Counted from the stretch's first letter, positions 29,046 to 42,123 are shown. The stretch is 64,000 nt of DNA from Octopus vulgaris (GCA_951406725.2 OX597829.1:5270001-5334000); one strand, 5' to 3'. Notes: generated by a model from the letters alone, not told the origin. Numbers and translations are program-made.

Positions 29046-29510
29046 TAAAGGGTAAAGTTAGTTAATTAATTAATGATTAATAATTTTACCAAGTAGTTCG
29101 GTATGTTAAAAGAACCATTATCGGTAAACTTATACAAAAATTCTATAATTATGAGTATAATTATAATTAGGCTTCAGCAAAAATTTACTTCACCACATAC
29201 TAGAATTAAGAAATAGCACTTAAAACTATTTCACTATCATAAGAAAATCTTCCATGCGGCAATACTTTACGCTGGTAAAGAGGAAAATAATGTGATTTTA
29301 TATTTTTCACATCTCTCTAACTCCAAAACGCGTATACAGTTAATCAAAGTCGGGTGGATTCGTTACTTTTTTCTCTTTACCTGCGTAGGTTGTTGAGTAT
29401 TGCTGTCTGGGAGATTTTCTTATGATAGTGAAATAGTTAGTTTTAACTGCTATTTCTAAATTTCGGTATGTGGTGAAGCAAAATTTTTGCTGAACTCTAA
29501 TTATAATTAT

Positions 29511-29570
<60 letters not shown>

Positions 29571-29790
29571 TATGTTTGTGTCTGTGTTTTGTCCCCTCTT
29601 CCCACCATCTCTTGACAACTGATGTTGGTGTATCAATGCCCTCTTACCCTGGCGGTTCGGCAAGAGAGATTGATGGAATAAGTACTAGGCTTACAAAGAA
29701 TAAGTCCTGAGGTCGATTTGTTCGACTAAAGGCGGTGCTCGAGCATGGCCGCAGTCACATGACTTGAAACAAGTAAAAGAATAAAAGAAT
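28848..29790 (+). mobile_element. SINE family A split at its internal (TA)n by an inverted-repeat cassette (29042-29512)
   Basis: 5' half 28848-29000, 3' half 29570-29790. Confidence 0.8.
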
Positions 29791-29971
29791 ATACATAATA
29801 CGTACATACATACATGCATTAGAACTTTCTAGAATCTCCTACATCCAACCATTTTGACGTCACTCCTTATAAAGGAATTTTTTAAAGAGACACTCATTAT
29901 CACTATGGGCTCCGTGTGAGCAGTCATCTAAAAGTTTTTTGTGCATCTTGATGTTGACATAAGTTCCTTGC

Positions 29972-30054
29972 TTTTCCTGATGAGAAAGCAGCATAATATA
30001 CTCCTTATTCCTTCGCAATTAGGAATATGAAGCCTTCGAAACATATATCGAAAA
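29972..30054 (+). ncRNA. Type I hammerhead ribozyme motif with extended stem II
   Basis: TTTTC-CTGATGA-GAAAGC...GCCTTC-GAAA-CATATA-T-C-GAAAA; internal hairpin tattcct/aggaata. Confidence 0.7.
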
Positions 30055-30091
30055 TAAAGGAATTTTGTTCATTCGTCGTTCAACTCCATTC

Positions 30092-30131
<40 letters not shown>

Positions 30132-30318
30132 ATATATAGTAAAAAAATAAGAATATAGGCTGTTTATCATATTAGAAATATCAAAGACCGTTTTTCCAAT
30201 TTCTATAAGTGGAGAATCCAAAAACGAAGGCCCTTACGGCTCACATACACAAAACCGGAGTAGCAAATATACGAATTCAATACTTACCGTTAATATATAT
30301 GGATATGGAAACAGTTTG

Positions 30319-30374
<56 letters not shown>

Positions 30375-30817
30375 TATATATATATGTTTGTGTATATATA
30401 TATACATATATACAAACAAAGATATACGTACACACACACATATACTTTCTTTGTGTGTTAATAAGCCAACCAATGGTCTCATGCGAATAAATGTTCGCAA
30501 ATCTTCAAGCGTACTACAGGGAGGCATTGAAGTATTTCGCTTGGGAACATACGCATTCACAGTTGATTGAACGGGATTTTGAAATAAAGATACAGCAGCC
30601 GACTTAGAATAATATCTTAAATGTTGTTACCTTTGCGTTATCCATGAATTTTTTTGCGAGAAACTGAGTTCACCATAGATTAATTTCTTTAGTCATTTTA
30701 TGCGAGAACAGCAGTGCACGCCTATGTTTATGAATACATATATGTACACACACACACAAATTATATATATATACTGAAATATTTATGTAAGGATATATAT
30801 TTATATTAATATGTATG

Positions 30818-30859
<42 letters not shown>

Positions 30860-30946
30860 TATAAAATGTACTTATGAAAGTGCGTAAATATGTATATACA
30901 TGTATGCAACGATGTAAATTCCGATGTACACACACACACACACACA

Positions 30947-31018
<72 letters not shown>

Positions 31019-31045
31019 TATTATTATTGTTGTTATTATTTTTTA

Positions 31046-31131
<86 letters not shown>

Positions 31132-31159
31132 TATTATCAGGTGTTAGTGTTGCTTAATA

Positions 31160-32188
31160 TGTTTTGTTAAAATTACTATTTCTTTTCAGATATCATCAGA
31201 AAAAGGTAATTAAAATTCATTAAAATGACAGATCTGTCGGACTTTCAAAGAGGTCAAATTGTTGGTGCTCGTATGGCAGGGGCTAGCGTAACGAAAACAG
31301 CCGAAATGTTTGGTGCATCAAGAAGTACTGTCTAGAAAAAGTAATGACAGCCTTTGAGAAAAAGGGAAAAACCTCCTTGTCGAAACAAAACTCCGGAAGA
31401 AAACCAAAACTTTCAGATAGGGACCGTCGGACTCTCACGTGAATTGTTAGAAAGGATCACCAAAGTACAGCTCCCAAAATTACAGCAGAGCTTAACGGCC
31501 ACCTCGAGAACCCAGTTTCCACAAAACTGTTCGCTAGTAGCTACGCAAAGTCGGTCCCTAGAGCAGTGGAAGAATGTTATTTTCTCGCACGAGTCGTGCT
31601 TTACCTTATTTCCGACCACCAACGGAATATACGTGCGGAGACAGCCAAAAGAATCATTTGATCCAGACTGCCTTCTTGTATTAAACATGGAGGAGGATCT
31701 ATGATGATCTGGAGGGCTATATCTTGGAAATCCGCCGGCCCAATGGTTTTTCTTCATGTCAGAATTAATAGTCAAGACTATATCAGCATTTTATCTGATC
31801 AAATTCATCCTATGATTGCAGAACTGTTTCCAGAGGGAAACGCAATCTTTCAGGATGATAATGCAACGATTCACACAAGGAAGATTCTAGTGAAGTTGAA
31901 CATCTTATCTGGCCACCGCAATCCCCAGATCTCAATCTTATTGAACATTTATGGTGCTTTTTAGAAAATAAGTAAGGAGTCGATATCCTCCACCATCATC
32001 TCTACAAGAACTGGAGACTGTTTTAGCTGAAGAATTGACAAAAATTCCTTTGGAAACAATTCAAACTTTGTACAAGTCCATACCTGGTAGAATTCAAGCT
32101 GTAATTACTGCCAAAGGCGATCCTACACCATATTAAAATAAATTTGTTTGAAAGTTTAAGGTGTTTCCATTTTTTTGTCCAACCCCTG
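31160..32188 (+). mobile_element. Tc1/mariner transposon with transposase pseudogene (ATG 31225, stop 32136); right TIR intact
   Basis: MTDLSDFQRGQIVGARMAGASVTKTAEMFG; WKNVIFSHESCF; FQDDNA; SPDLNLIEHLW; RIQAVITAKGDPTPY*; TIR ends ...gtccaacccctg|TA. Confidence 0.93.
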
Positions 32189-32344
32189 TATATGAATATA
32201 GATATACATTATTAAAAATAAGAATTTATACCAATTGGCTAGTATGCGTAAAAAATGTCAGTGGAAATAAATATTTTTACAATAGATATGAGTATATAAA
32301 ATTTATACACGGAGAGAAGACCGCTATGTGGTCTTCTTACATGC

Positions 32345-32800
32345 TAAAAAGGGCAGTCAAATTCCCAAACCACGAAAGAACATTCTGTGGTGATGTGGGA
32401 AGCAATTTGGAGCAATGGTTGACCAGATCTGGTAGAGTATGAAGGAAACATAAACTCAGTTAAATATGTGTCCATATTGCAGAAAGGACTCCTTCCAATT
32501 TTCTCCAGTGGTGAAATGACTGAAGAAGACACTTTAATTATGGAAGATTGGGCTCATTGTCACAGCTAAAATGACCCAAGATCGTAGGATGGCAATAACA
32601 TTTAAAAGGCTTCCATGACCAAGCCAGTCACCAGATATGAGCCCTATTGAACACCTCTTGGTATATAACGGACAAGACACCTCATAAAAGGAGCAACAAT
32701 GCATTTTCAAAGCCAGATCTTGGCAAGAAATTCTTCAAGAGAATGTTCGTCATCTGATCTGTGGAATGCCTAATAGGGTCCTTGCATTGAAAAATCCAAT
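32345..32800 (+). pseudogene. Tc1 transposase C-terminal fragment (second family)
   Basis: EGNINSVKYVSILQKGLLPIFSSGEM...MEDWAHC; P*PSQSPDMSPIEHL; MPNRVLAL. Confidence 0.85.
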
Positions 32801-33039
32801 GAGAACAGGCTCTAATTGTGTTAATTTATTTGCTGATTATGTTTAATCCCAAACCTTTCCCTTTTCAGAGCTATACAGCCATTACATTGATGTCTATATC
32901 TGCTGCACCTCTCTCGCTTGCGTAGTGTTAAACTCCTTCTTTGTCAACTCCTTTCAACCTTCTTTGCATTTCATCTCCTCCTTCTCCAGTATTAAAAATC
33001 CCACCTCATCCTTACGACTTGTTTCCTACAAACCACCAT

Positions 33040-33990
33040 CTCCCATTCCTTTCATGCTCTTTTTATGGAGTGCCCTGTCCATTATGCCCCAGAGATTTTC
33101 AATGGGCTTCATATCTGGTGACTTGATTGATCATGGAAATATTTTAATGCCATTCTCATCCAACCAGTTTTGGGTCATTTTAGCCGTTTGACAAGGAGCC
33201 CCATCCTCCATAAATAAAGAGTCTCCTTTAATCGTGTCACTGCTGGAGAAGATTAGGAGTCCTTTCTGCAATATGGACGCATATTTATCAGAGTTTATGT
33301 TTCCCTCAAACTCCACCAGCTCTGATCAACCATTGCTCCAAATTGCCCCCTGACCATCACAAAATAGCTGCCGTGTTTCATTGTTGACTGCAATCTTTTC
33401 GCATCGAATTCTTGATCACAAAGTCTCCAGACCCACACTCCACCACTGTTAGAAAATACAGCAAATCTGGACTCATCAGACAATATGTCAGTGTTCCAAA
33501 ATGCTAGTGGCCTCTCTACTATCTCACTGGGCCAATCTCTTCTCCACTTGTTATTGGCTGGTCGAAGAAGTGGCTTCCTCCTCGCTGCTCTGCCATAGTA
33601 GCCAAGTTTGTGGAGATACTTGGAAGCTGTTCTGGGACTGACATCAACTTATTGAGCTGTGTCAGAGGCCTAGCAACGGATATTATCTTCCAGACTTCTC
33701 TTAACAAAGTGAAGGGTTATCAGAGGGACCTGGTTGACCTGATATGGACTTCATCCCCTTTCTGGTGAATTGCTCAATCACTCAATAAACTGTAGAAAGG
33801 ATTTCTACAGTTTTACACTTGGCCAAGTCCAACTTCAGATTGACTAAAAAAACGGCCTCTTTTAAGTTCAGACAGTTCCAAGGCTTCTCTTATACATGGC
33901 ACGATTAAACAGTCACATATAGAGCCTGAAATATAAAAATGTCAATTAATAAAAAATATAAATCTTTTCAAGTTAGAATAAGCATAAAAC
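33040..33990 (-). pseudogene. Tc1 transposase remnant, same family as 32345-32800, in inverted orientation
   Basis: SDESRFAVFSNSGGVWVWR; EGNINSDKYASILQKGLL; FMEDGAPC; PDMKPIENLWG. Confidence 0.88.
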
Positions 33991-34023
33991 ACTGTTTATT
34001 TACTTCTGTCATGTCTCTGTGTG

Positions 34024-34228
34024 TATATCTCTCGACTATCGCGGGTGTTAGGTTCTAGGTGAAAATCCGCGAAGCAGAAACAGTACTTTGAATATATATT
34101 TATTTTATTATAGATGCAAAACAACACCGCTAAATTATCGACGTAAGCTTAAATAATAAACCGCGATAGGTGAACCGCGATAAGAGAACCGCGATAGGTG
34201 AACCGCGATATGCCAAGGGATTACTGTA
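34024..34228. mobile_element. Tigger/pogo-like MITE
   Basis: Ends ctcgactatcgcgg / ccgcgatatgccaagggattactg|TA; internal aaccgcgata repeats. Confidence 0.55.
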
Positions 34229-34879
34229 TGGATATATATATGCACACACCCAAGAAACCCCCCACACACACACTCGCACACACATATGGTAAGAAAAAGG
34301 GAGGAGAAGAATTTCGATTCTCCTCACGTGGTGAGTCGTAATAAAATATATATATATATGAAATAAAAGAAGGATGTACGCATTTTCCTTCTTTTATATA
34401 TACACACATAGATACATGCATGCATATTTAAATACATATATGTGTATAGGTGCGTGTGTATGTGTACAGAGTACATATACCTTTAGTCTTGACATGTGCA
34501 CGCTAACTGCAAAACCCTCACTGCTCCCATAACCAGTGATATCAGTTTGCACTACTTTGCATAATCATGTCAAATCTATTCAAATGTTTTGATATGCGCA
34601 AGCTGATTGTAAACTAACGAATGACCGTTGATACAAATGGCCCCATTTAAGTACAATCTTCCGTCGAAAAAATGTCAAGGTTGTTCATTGTTATAGAGAC
34701 TGGGGAATTTTTAAATTGCTTGAAGTAAGGTGAGAAGACGCATAAAGAAGAGCATCCGTCCATAGAAAATACTACCCTCAAGGTGCCTACCAAAAATCTT
34801 TCTGCATGTCAGTGAAAAATTTGTAATTATCAATTTATGGGGGGGGGGGGCTGTATAAACGAATCTTAATATTTGGAAC

Positions 34880-35710
34880 AAGGCGGTGAGCTGGCAGAAA
34901 CGTCAACACGCCAGGCGAAATGCTTAGCAGTATTTCGTCTGCCGCTACGTTCTGAGTTCAAATTCCGCCGAGGTCGACTTTACGTTTCATCTTTTCGGGG
35001 TCGATTAAATAAGTACCAGTTACGCACTGGGGTCGATATAATCGACTTAATCCATTTGTCTGTCCTTGTTTGCCCCCTCTGTGTTTAGCTCCTTGTGGGC
35101 AGTAAAGAAATAGGTATTTCGTCTGCCGCTACGTTCTGAGTTCAAATTCCGCCGAGATTGTCTTTGCTTTTCATCCATTTAGGGTCGATTAAATAAGTAC
35201 CAGTTACGCACTGGGGTCGATATAATCGACTTAATCCCTTTGTCTGTCCTTGTTTGCCCCCTCTGTGTTTAGCTCCTTGTGGGCAGTAAAGAAATAGGTA
35301 TTTCGTCTGCCGCTACGTTCTGAGTTCAAATTCCGCCGAGATTGTCTTTGCTTTTCATCCTTTTAGGGTCGATTAAATAAGTACCAGTTACGCACTGGGG
35401 TCGATATAATCGACTTAATCCATTTGTCTGTCCTTGTTTTCCCCCTCTGTGTTTAGCTCCTTGTGGGCAGTAAAGAAATAGGTATTTCGTCTGCCGCTAC
35501 GTTCTGAGTTCAAATTCCGCCGAGATTGTCTTTGCTTTTCATCCTTTTGGGGTCGATAAAAATAAGTACCAGTTAAGCAAGGGGATTGCTAAAATAAATA
35601 TCGATTGGTCACTATGGTGGAGAAAATAAGTAGCGGTCAAGAAATTGGGTCAATGTCATCGACTTAACCCCTTATCCGAAATTGCTGGCTTTGTGCCGAA
35701 ATTTTAAACC
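34880..35710 (+). mobile_element. SINE family B with 184 bp internal tandem multimer (3.5 units)
   Basis: Unit starts at 34931, 35115, 35299 and 35483. Confidence 0.92.
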
Positions 35711-36212
35711 AATATAAGGAGAAAAGAAGATGCGGACCATATGATCTGACACTGGCATTTCTTTCTTTTCATGATGCTAATCCTGAGCATGGAACTACTG
35801 CTAAACATTTGCAGCTAACGCCAACGACGTGTCGACAGGAAGTGTTGTATGCAGACTTCAGTTACAAAAGAGACCAGGTTATAATTCTCTGATAAGCCAT
35901 GTCTGACGAGAATCTCATTGTTCTTTCATTCTTGATGCAATATATAAGTGTGTGTGTGTGTGTGTGTGTGTAAGGAAAGCGTTCAGTAGCAAAATTAGCT
36001 TTTATGAAGCTAATTTTTTAATAATATACCAAACCTATTATCTAACGTAGGAGTGGGCGCTTTTCCCTAACATGCGAAAACTATATATACATGTGTGTAT
36101 GTGTGTGTGAGTGTGTGTGTATTATCTTTTACTTGTTTCAGTCATATGACTGCAGCCATGTTGGGGCACCGCACACATACACACATATATATATAATGTA
36201 TATGTATATGTA

Positions 36213-36275
<63 letters not shown>

Positions 36276-36300
36276 GTGTGTGTGTATGTGTATATATATG

Positions 36301-36331
<31 letters not shown>

Positions 36332-36536
36332 GTATATATATGTATATATGTATATATGTATATATTTAATGGCGGTGCCCCAGCATGGCCACAGCTCATT
36401 AGCTGAAACTGGAAAAATCAAAATCAAAAATCATATATATATATATATATATATGTATATACACACTACACATACGCACATATATATACACACATTCATA
36501 CACACACACACACACAGAAACACCATATATATATAT

Positions 36537-36840
36537 GGTGCATCGGTCAGTGGTAAGAGCGTCAGGATTACAATCGCGAGGCCGCGTGCTGTGATTCTGA
36601 GCAAATCGCTTTATTTCCCGTTGCTCCAGTTGACTCAGCTGCAGAAACGCGTTTCGACGTCTCGGGTGCCGAGCTGTATCGGCCCCTTTGCCTTTCCCTT
36701 GGATATCGTCGGTGGCGTGGTGAGGGAACGTTGGTATGCATAGGCGACTGTAACTGCTGGTCTTGCATGGACTTGTGCTTCGGAGTGGAACGTTCTAGGT
36801 TCAATCCCATGAACATACGTGACCGATGTGGATCATCATG
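36537..36840 (+). mobile_element. SINE family C copy
   Basis: Homologous to 19581-19790 (gttgctccagtt.actcagctg.agaaa...gctgtatcg). Confidence 0.8.
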
Positions 36841-37201
36841 CATGCATGCATGATTAAGTATGAATGCGTATGTATGAATGTATGTGTGTATGTGAGTATG
36901 TGCGTCTATGTAAGCGTGTGTGTGTGTTTCTGTGCGTGCAAGTGTGAATGTGTGTGCATATTCTTTAACAAGAATAATGTTTACGGTGAAGTTTCGATGA
37001 TCGGTTAGCGGGTCGAAACTTCGGAGTCACAGCCAATACGATTCTTGTTAAAGTATAATATATTTGTGGGAGTGTGTATAAGTATGCATATATACATATA
37101 AGTATGAGTTTACAAGCACAATAACATCAATACATCCAAGTGCGTGCGTGTATATACATACAAATATATATACATATATATACATACAATACAAATATAT
37201 A

Positions 37202-37301
<100 letters not shown>

Positions 37302-37416
37302 TATATTACAATGCCTTACTGTGGTTTAAATAAGAATAAAAATATTCAAATTCTTATTTCTTGACACAGTGAGGCTTTGTAATAAAGTTTATTTTAGTTT
37401 TCTGATATTCTGATAT

Positions 37417-37497
<81 letters not shown>

Positions 37498-38205
37498 GAC
37501 AGAGAGAGACAGAGAGACAGACAGACAAGCAGGCAGACAAACAGAATAGATAGACAATTATAGATACGGATATGAAAACATATATATGCTACCACGCACA
37601 CACATACGCTACCAAACACACATACGGTATCAAAAGCACACACACGCCACCACGCACACTCACTCAGTTACTGCCACACACATTCTACCATACACACACA
37701 CGCTATCACACATGCCAAACACAGTGGCAGAAACCTACACATACACACAGATACCAACCATTCTTCACACTCTCCTGTCTCAGAAAGCACTTTCTCTTTG
37801 TCCATCTACTTTTTGTATTTTCCATAATTCCAACACGTGGAATGTTGGTGATTTTTTTTCAATTTTTCCCTTTCCTTTTGGACTTTCTCATGTCTCCTGT
37901 TTCCAAAGTAAGGCGATGCTCGAAACATAAAACACTCCCTTTCCTTCTCTGAGTGTCTCATTAATACTTTGCATGTACTGCGTCCTCACCTTGTTATTTT
38001 TTCTGGTCTTTTACCGCCGTTTTTTAATTACTTGCACACACACATACACACACACACTCACACACACACACATGTTTAGATATACGTGTACATGTATATA
38101 GTATATAACGGGAAGCTTTATGAAAATAGACAAAAGACGAAGGCAGGTGGAAAACAAACGAACAATTGTATTAGTATGGCGCTCAGGAAATATAAATAAA
38201 ACAAG

Positions 38206-38243
38206 TCTTTAACGTTTCGAGCCTACGCTCTTCAACAGAAAGA
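38206..38243 (-). ncRNA. Minimal type I hammerhead motif (core A6 mutated)
   Basis: TCTTT-CTGTTGA-A-GAGCgtagGCTC-GAAA-CG-T-T-AAAGA. Confidence 0.7.
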
Positions 38244-38261
38244 TACACAGTATCTTACATA

Positions 38262-38317
<56 letters not shown>

Positions 38318-38355
38318 ACATATATATATACCTGTATTTATATATATATATATAT

Positions 38356-38388
<33 letters not shown>

Positions 38389-38435
38389 ACCACTGAACGA
38401 AAGATTTATGCATATTATATACATGCATATACACA

Positions 38436-38479
<44 letters not shown>

Positions 38480-38777
38480 AACAGGTAAATCGGGCCTTTA
38501 TTAGACAGATTTATAACAATATAGTAGTCGGGCCTCTTCAGCCGCACAGCTTCCGCAAGGACTGGTTACATCAAAATTTGATCAAATCCTCTCATTCACG
38601 TACGACATAATGCGGCAGCACATAAATAAGTCCATCTCTTTCTCTCAATGAATATATATATATATATATACACAACAGAAATCCGAAAGAGAAAGAAAAA
38701 CAAATACAAAGAGCAACACCGCGCGGACGTGGTACATGTAAAGTATTAGCAGACGCTCAGGGAAGGAAAGAAAGGTA

Positions 38778-38812
38778 GTTTAACGTTTCGAGCAAAGCTC
38801 TTCTTCAGAAAC
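38778..38812 (-). ncRNA. Minimal type I hammerhead ribozyme, intact core
   Basis: GTTT-CTGAAGA-A-GAGCtttGCTC-GAAA-CG-T-T-AAAC. Confidence 0.82.
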
Positions 38813-38910
38813 AGAGGAAAGTCCAATAGAAAAGGAAGACGGGGGAAGAAAATCGCCAGTGATTCACATTTATTATTCCTAGAAAATAATCATATGTATT
38901 TATATATATA

Positions 38911-38989
<79 letters not shown>

Positions 38990-38993
<4 letters not shown>

Positions 38994-39175
38994 AAGGATG
39001 GCTTCCCTTTGCAAATACTAATAGGGCACAGAAAGTGTGTGAATAGAGAGCTGGAGGAGGTGTCCTCCTGGGGCTACAAGCTACAGTAACATCCACCTTT
39101 AAGGGTTAGCCACAGTTAAGTGGTAAATATACTTCACGATGTCGTGCAGCTACTGTTTATACTTCCCTCAGATAT
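38990..39175 (+). repeat. 5'-truncated copy of the hammerhead-bearing terminal-repeat family (cf. 40100-40350, 50650-50861, 52745-52952)
   Basis: gctggaggaggtgtc...tacaagctacagta.catc...ggttagccaca...aaatatacttcacgatgtcgtgcagctactgtttatac. Confidence 0.85.
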
Positions 39176-39275
39176 TATATATATATATAATATATTATAT
39201 TACATATTATATATTATATATATATTATATATATATATATATATTATATATATATATATATATTATATTACATAT

Positions 39276-39344
<69 letters not shown>

Positions 39345-40099
39345 TATATATCATATATGATATATATATATCTGTGGAGAGGCAATTGCCCAGTGGTTAG
39401 GGCAGCGGAGTCGTGTGTGCTGGTACATCTGTAGGTGGCTGCACGTATAATACGTAACTTAGAAGCAGCGCTACGCATGTACCAGCACACCTCCGTCTAT
39501 GTGTGTGTGTGTGTGTGTCTTTGTGTGTCTGTGTTTGTCCCCCCACCATCGCTTGACAACCGATGCTGGTGTGTTTTTGTCCCCGTAACTTAGTGGTTCG
39601 GCAAAAGACCTATAGATGTGAGTTCGACTATTATGGCTGGTTGCTGACATATTCTTCCGCTTTGTACGGATATGTTTCGCTGTGTCTGCTATTCTGTCAG
39701 CGTTTGTGCATTTGAAAATAAATTATTATCTTATTTGTATCTCCCATTATGCATTTTCAACGCTTGTAAGGAAACATTGGTTTGTTTACAGTTATCGTAT
39801 ATATATATACATATATTAGGTTGAGGAAAAAGTTCGTGCGCCGTGTTCGTGCGCAAACACACACGTACGCACACACACACGCACACACATTGGTTTGTTT
39901 ACAGTTATCGTATATATATATACATATATTGCACGCACACACACCCCCCCACACGCACACACAAACACACACGCATAAACACACACACACAAAACACGCA
40001 CACACACACGAACACACACGCACACACACACACGCACACACACACATACGTACGCACACACACACAAACACACACGCACGCACGCGCGCACAGAAAAAA

Positions 40100-40352
40100 T
40101 CCCTGAGCGAGATATAATCAGTATCAGCACGACATCGTGAAGTATATTTGCCACCTAAATGTGGCTGACCCATACGGGACGATGCTACTGTAGTTTGTAG
40201 CCCCGGAAGTCATCTCCTCCAGTTGGCTAACGACACACTATCTGTGCCCAATCAGTATTTGCGAAAGGAAATCATCGTTCCCATCCCTAGCCTGACATGA
40301 TACACACGGACCCGGGTTTCTGAGTATTGACCCGTCATCAGCGTGTGACAAC
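40100..40352 (-). mobile_element. About 250 bp hammerhead-bearing repeat (Penelope pLTR/retrozyme-like)
   Basis: Homologous to 52745-52952; hammerhead at its 5' end. Confidence 0.8.
40303..40347 (-). ncRNA. Type I hammerhead ribozyme, best-preserved copy
   Basis: CACACG-CTGATGA-cGGGTcaatACTCa-GAAA-CCCGGG-T-C-CGTGTG; 6 bp stem I, palindromic ACCCGGGT, GUC site. Confidence 0.85.
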
Positions 40353-41117
40353 ATTTTTAGGCGTTTCATGACATTAATTCGCACTTAACCAACACCTGTC
40401 CTTCGCTCACCTCTATTTCTATCCATTCATCATCAAACCACCAGCCTCATCTTCTATATCCAACGTACATGACACATCTACCACCTACATCTACACTCTC
40501 ACTGTTGAAGTTTACATAAGCGACAACACGATCGCAACATACACTTTGGAAACTAAGCAACAGATCATTTTATACAACAACAAATTTAATCATAACGCCC
40601 ATCAATGAAAACATCTCCACCACTGTGTTGTGATTCATCTAATCAGCACCACTATAGTCTTGCCAGTCTGACATATGGTGAGTAGATGCTATTGTTCTAT
40701 ATTTTATAAATTACCCATATTTACTTACCCATGCTTCATTCCTCTCTTGCCTACATAGGGCATCCATTCTCTTTTAACACAGCATCAAGTTTTGTTACAG
40801 CACATCCGCTGCCGTTCGTGGAAAACGAAGAGACCCTATTCACCTGCGAACGTTTTACATCGCCTTCCACGACTATCACATTCTTACAATTATGAGAACA
40901 ATAACATGGCTCTTTTCAATGCAACCTCGCATTCAATTCTTACACCATTCTACGAGGGGGTAGGAACCCCTTTACACGGCTTTCTATATACTTACAAATA
41001 CATTCATTCGCCGTAAACTTATATCAATATTTGCCTGAATAATCATCATAATTCAGTGCAATCATTAACAGTACTTTCAAACAATTTAGCCCCGAGCAAC
41101 GCCGGGCAATTCTGCCA

Positions 41118-41188
<71 letters not shown>

Positions 41189-41743
41189 GATAGATAGATA
41201 CATACATGCACACATACATACATACATACATACATACAAACAAACATACATACATACATACATACATACATACATACATACATGCATGCATACGTAAATA
41301 CATACATACATACATACATACATACCTACAAACATACATACATACATACACACATACATACATACATACATACATACATACATACATACATACATACATA
41401 CATACATACATACATACATGCATGCATGTGTAGTGTGTGTGTGTTTAATTTTGTGTTCACCACCCCAGACGGCCAGTTTCTCAACTGGTGCTGATTAATC
41501 TACGGAGCTCTGTATCTTAGCAGTTGTGCAAAAGTATCAATAGAATAAATAGTAGATTTTAAAGAAGTAAATCTTGGGGATTGATTTGTCAGACTAACCC
41601 TTCAATTCTGTACCCCAGCATGGCCGCAGAGCAATGTGTGATACGAGTAAAAAATAAGCGATAACGTATTTAAATATCTAACTGTATGAATGTCATGTGC
41701 AATATATATTTCATTTATGATAGATTAAATGGTCACTTAGCAT

Positions 41744-41782
<39 letters not shown>

Positions 41783-41890
41783 TGTGTACATACATCCATG
41801 TATGCAACCGTAGAAACCATACCAAAATTAGCAATGGAATATGAAGTAGTCTATGGATCCGTCGATTTCCGTTAAATCATCCAACCTATG

Positions 41891-42123
41891 CCTATTTCTT
41901 TACTACCCACAAGGGGCTAGATACAGAGGGGACAAACAAGGACAGACAAACGGATTAAGTCGATCACATTGACCCCAGTGCGTAACTGGTACTTATTTAA
42001 TCGACCCCGAAAGGATGAAAGGCAAAGTCGAACTTGGCGGGATTTGAACTCAGAACGTAGCGGCAGACGAAATACTGCTAAGCATTTCGCCCGACGTGCT
42101 AACGTTTCTGCCAGCTCGCCGCC
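41891..42123 (-). mobile_element. SINE family B, full-length monomer
   Basis: Reverse complement of head-to-tail family B (ggcggcgagctggcagaaacgttagc...gtgggtagtaaagaaatagg). Confidence 0.92.

Noticed and set aside
34931-35580. CRISPR-like or retrozyme-like tandem array
   Set aside because: Units are whole near-identical repeats without unique spacers, and no hammerhead core was found on either strand; SINE-derived.
38485-38550. Possible minus-strand hammerhead (CTGAAGA GGCCC...)
   Set aside because: No GAAA, stem III or matching stem I could be assembled.
41088-41118. Helitron 3' hairpin (gcccgagcaacgccgggc...ccag)
   Set aside because: The terminus is CCAG rather than CTRR and no matching 5' end was identified; too weak to list.
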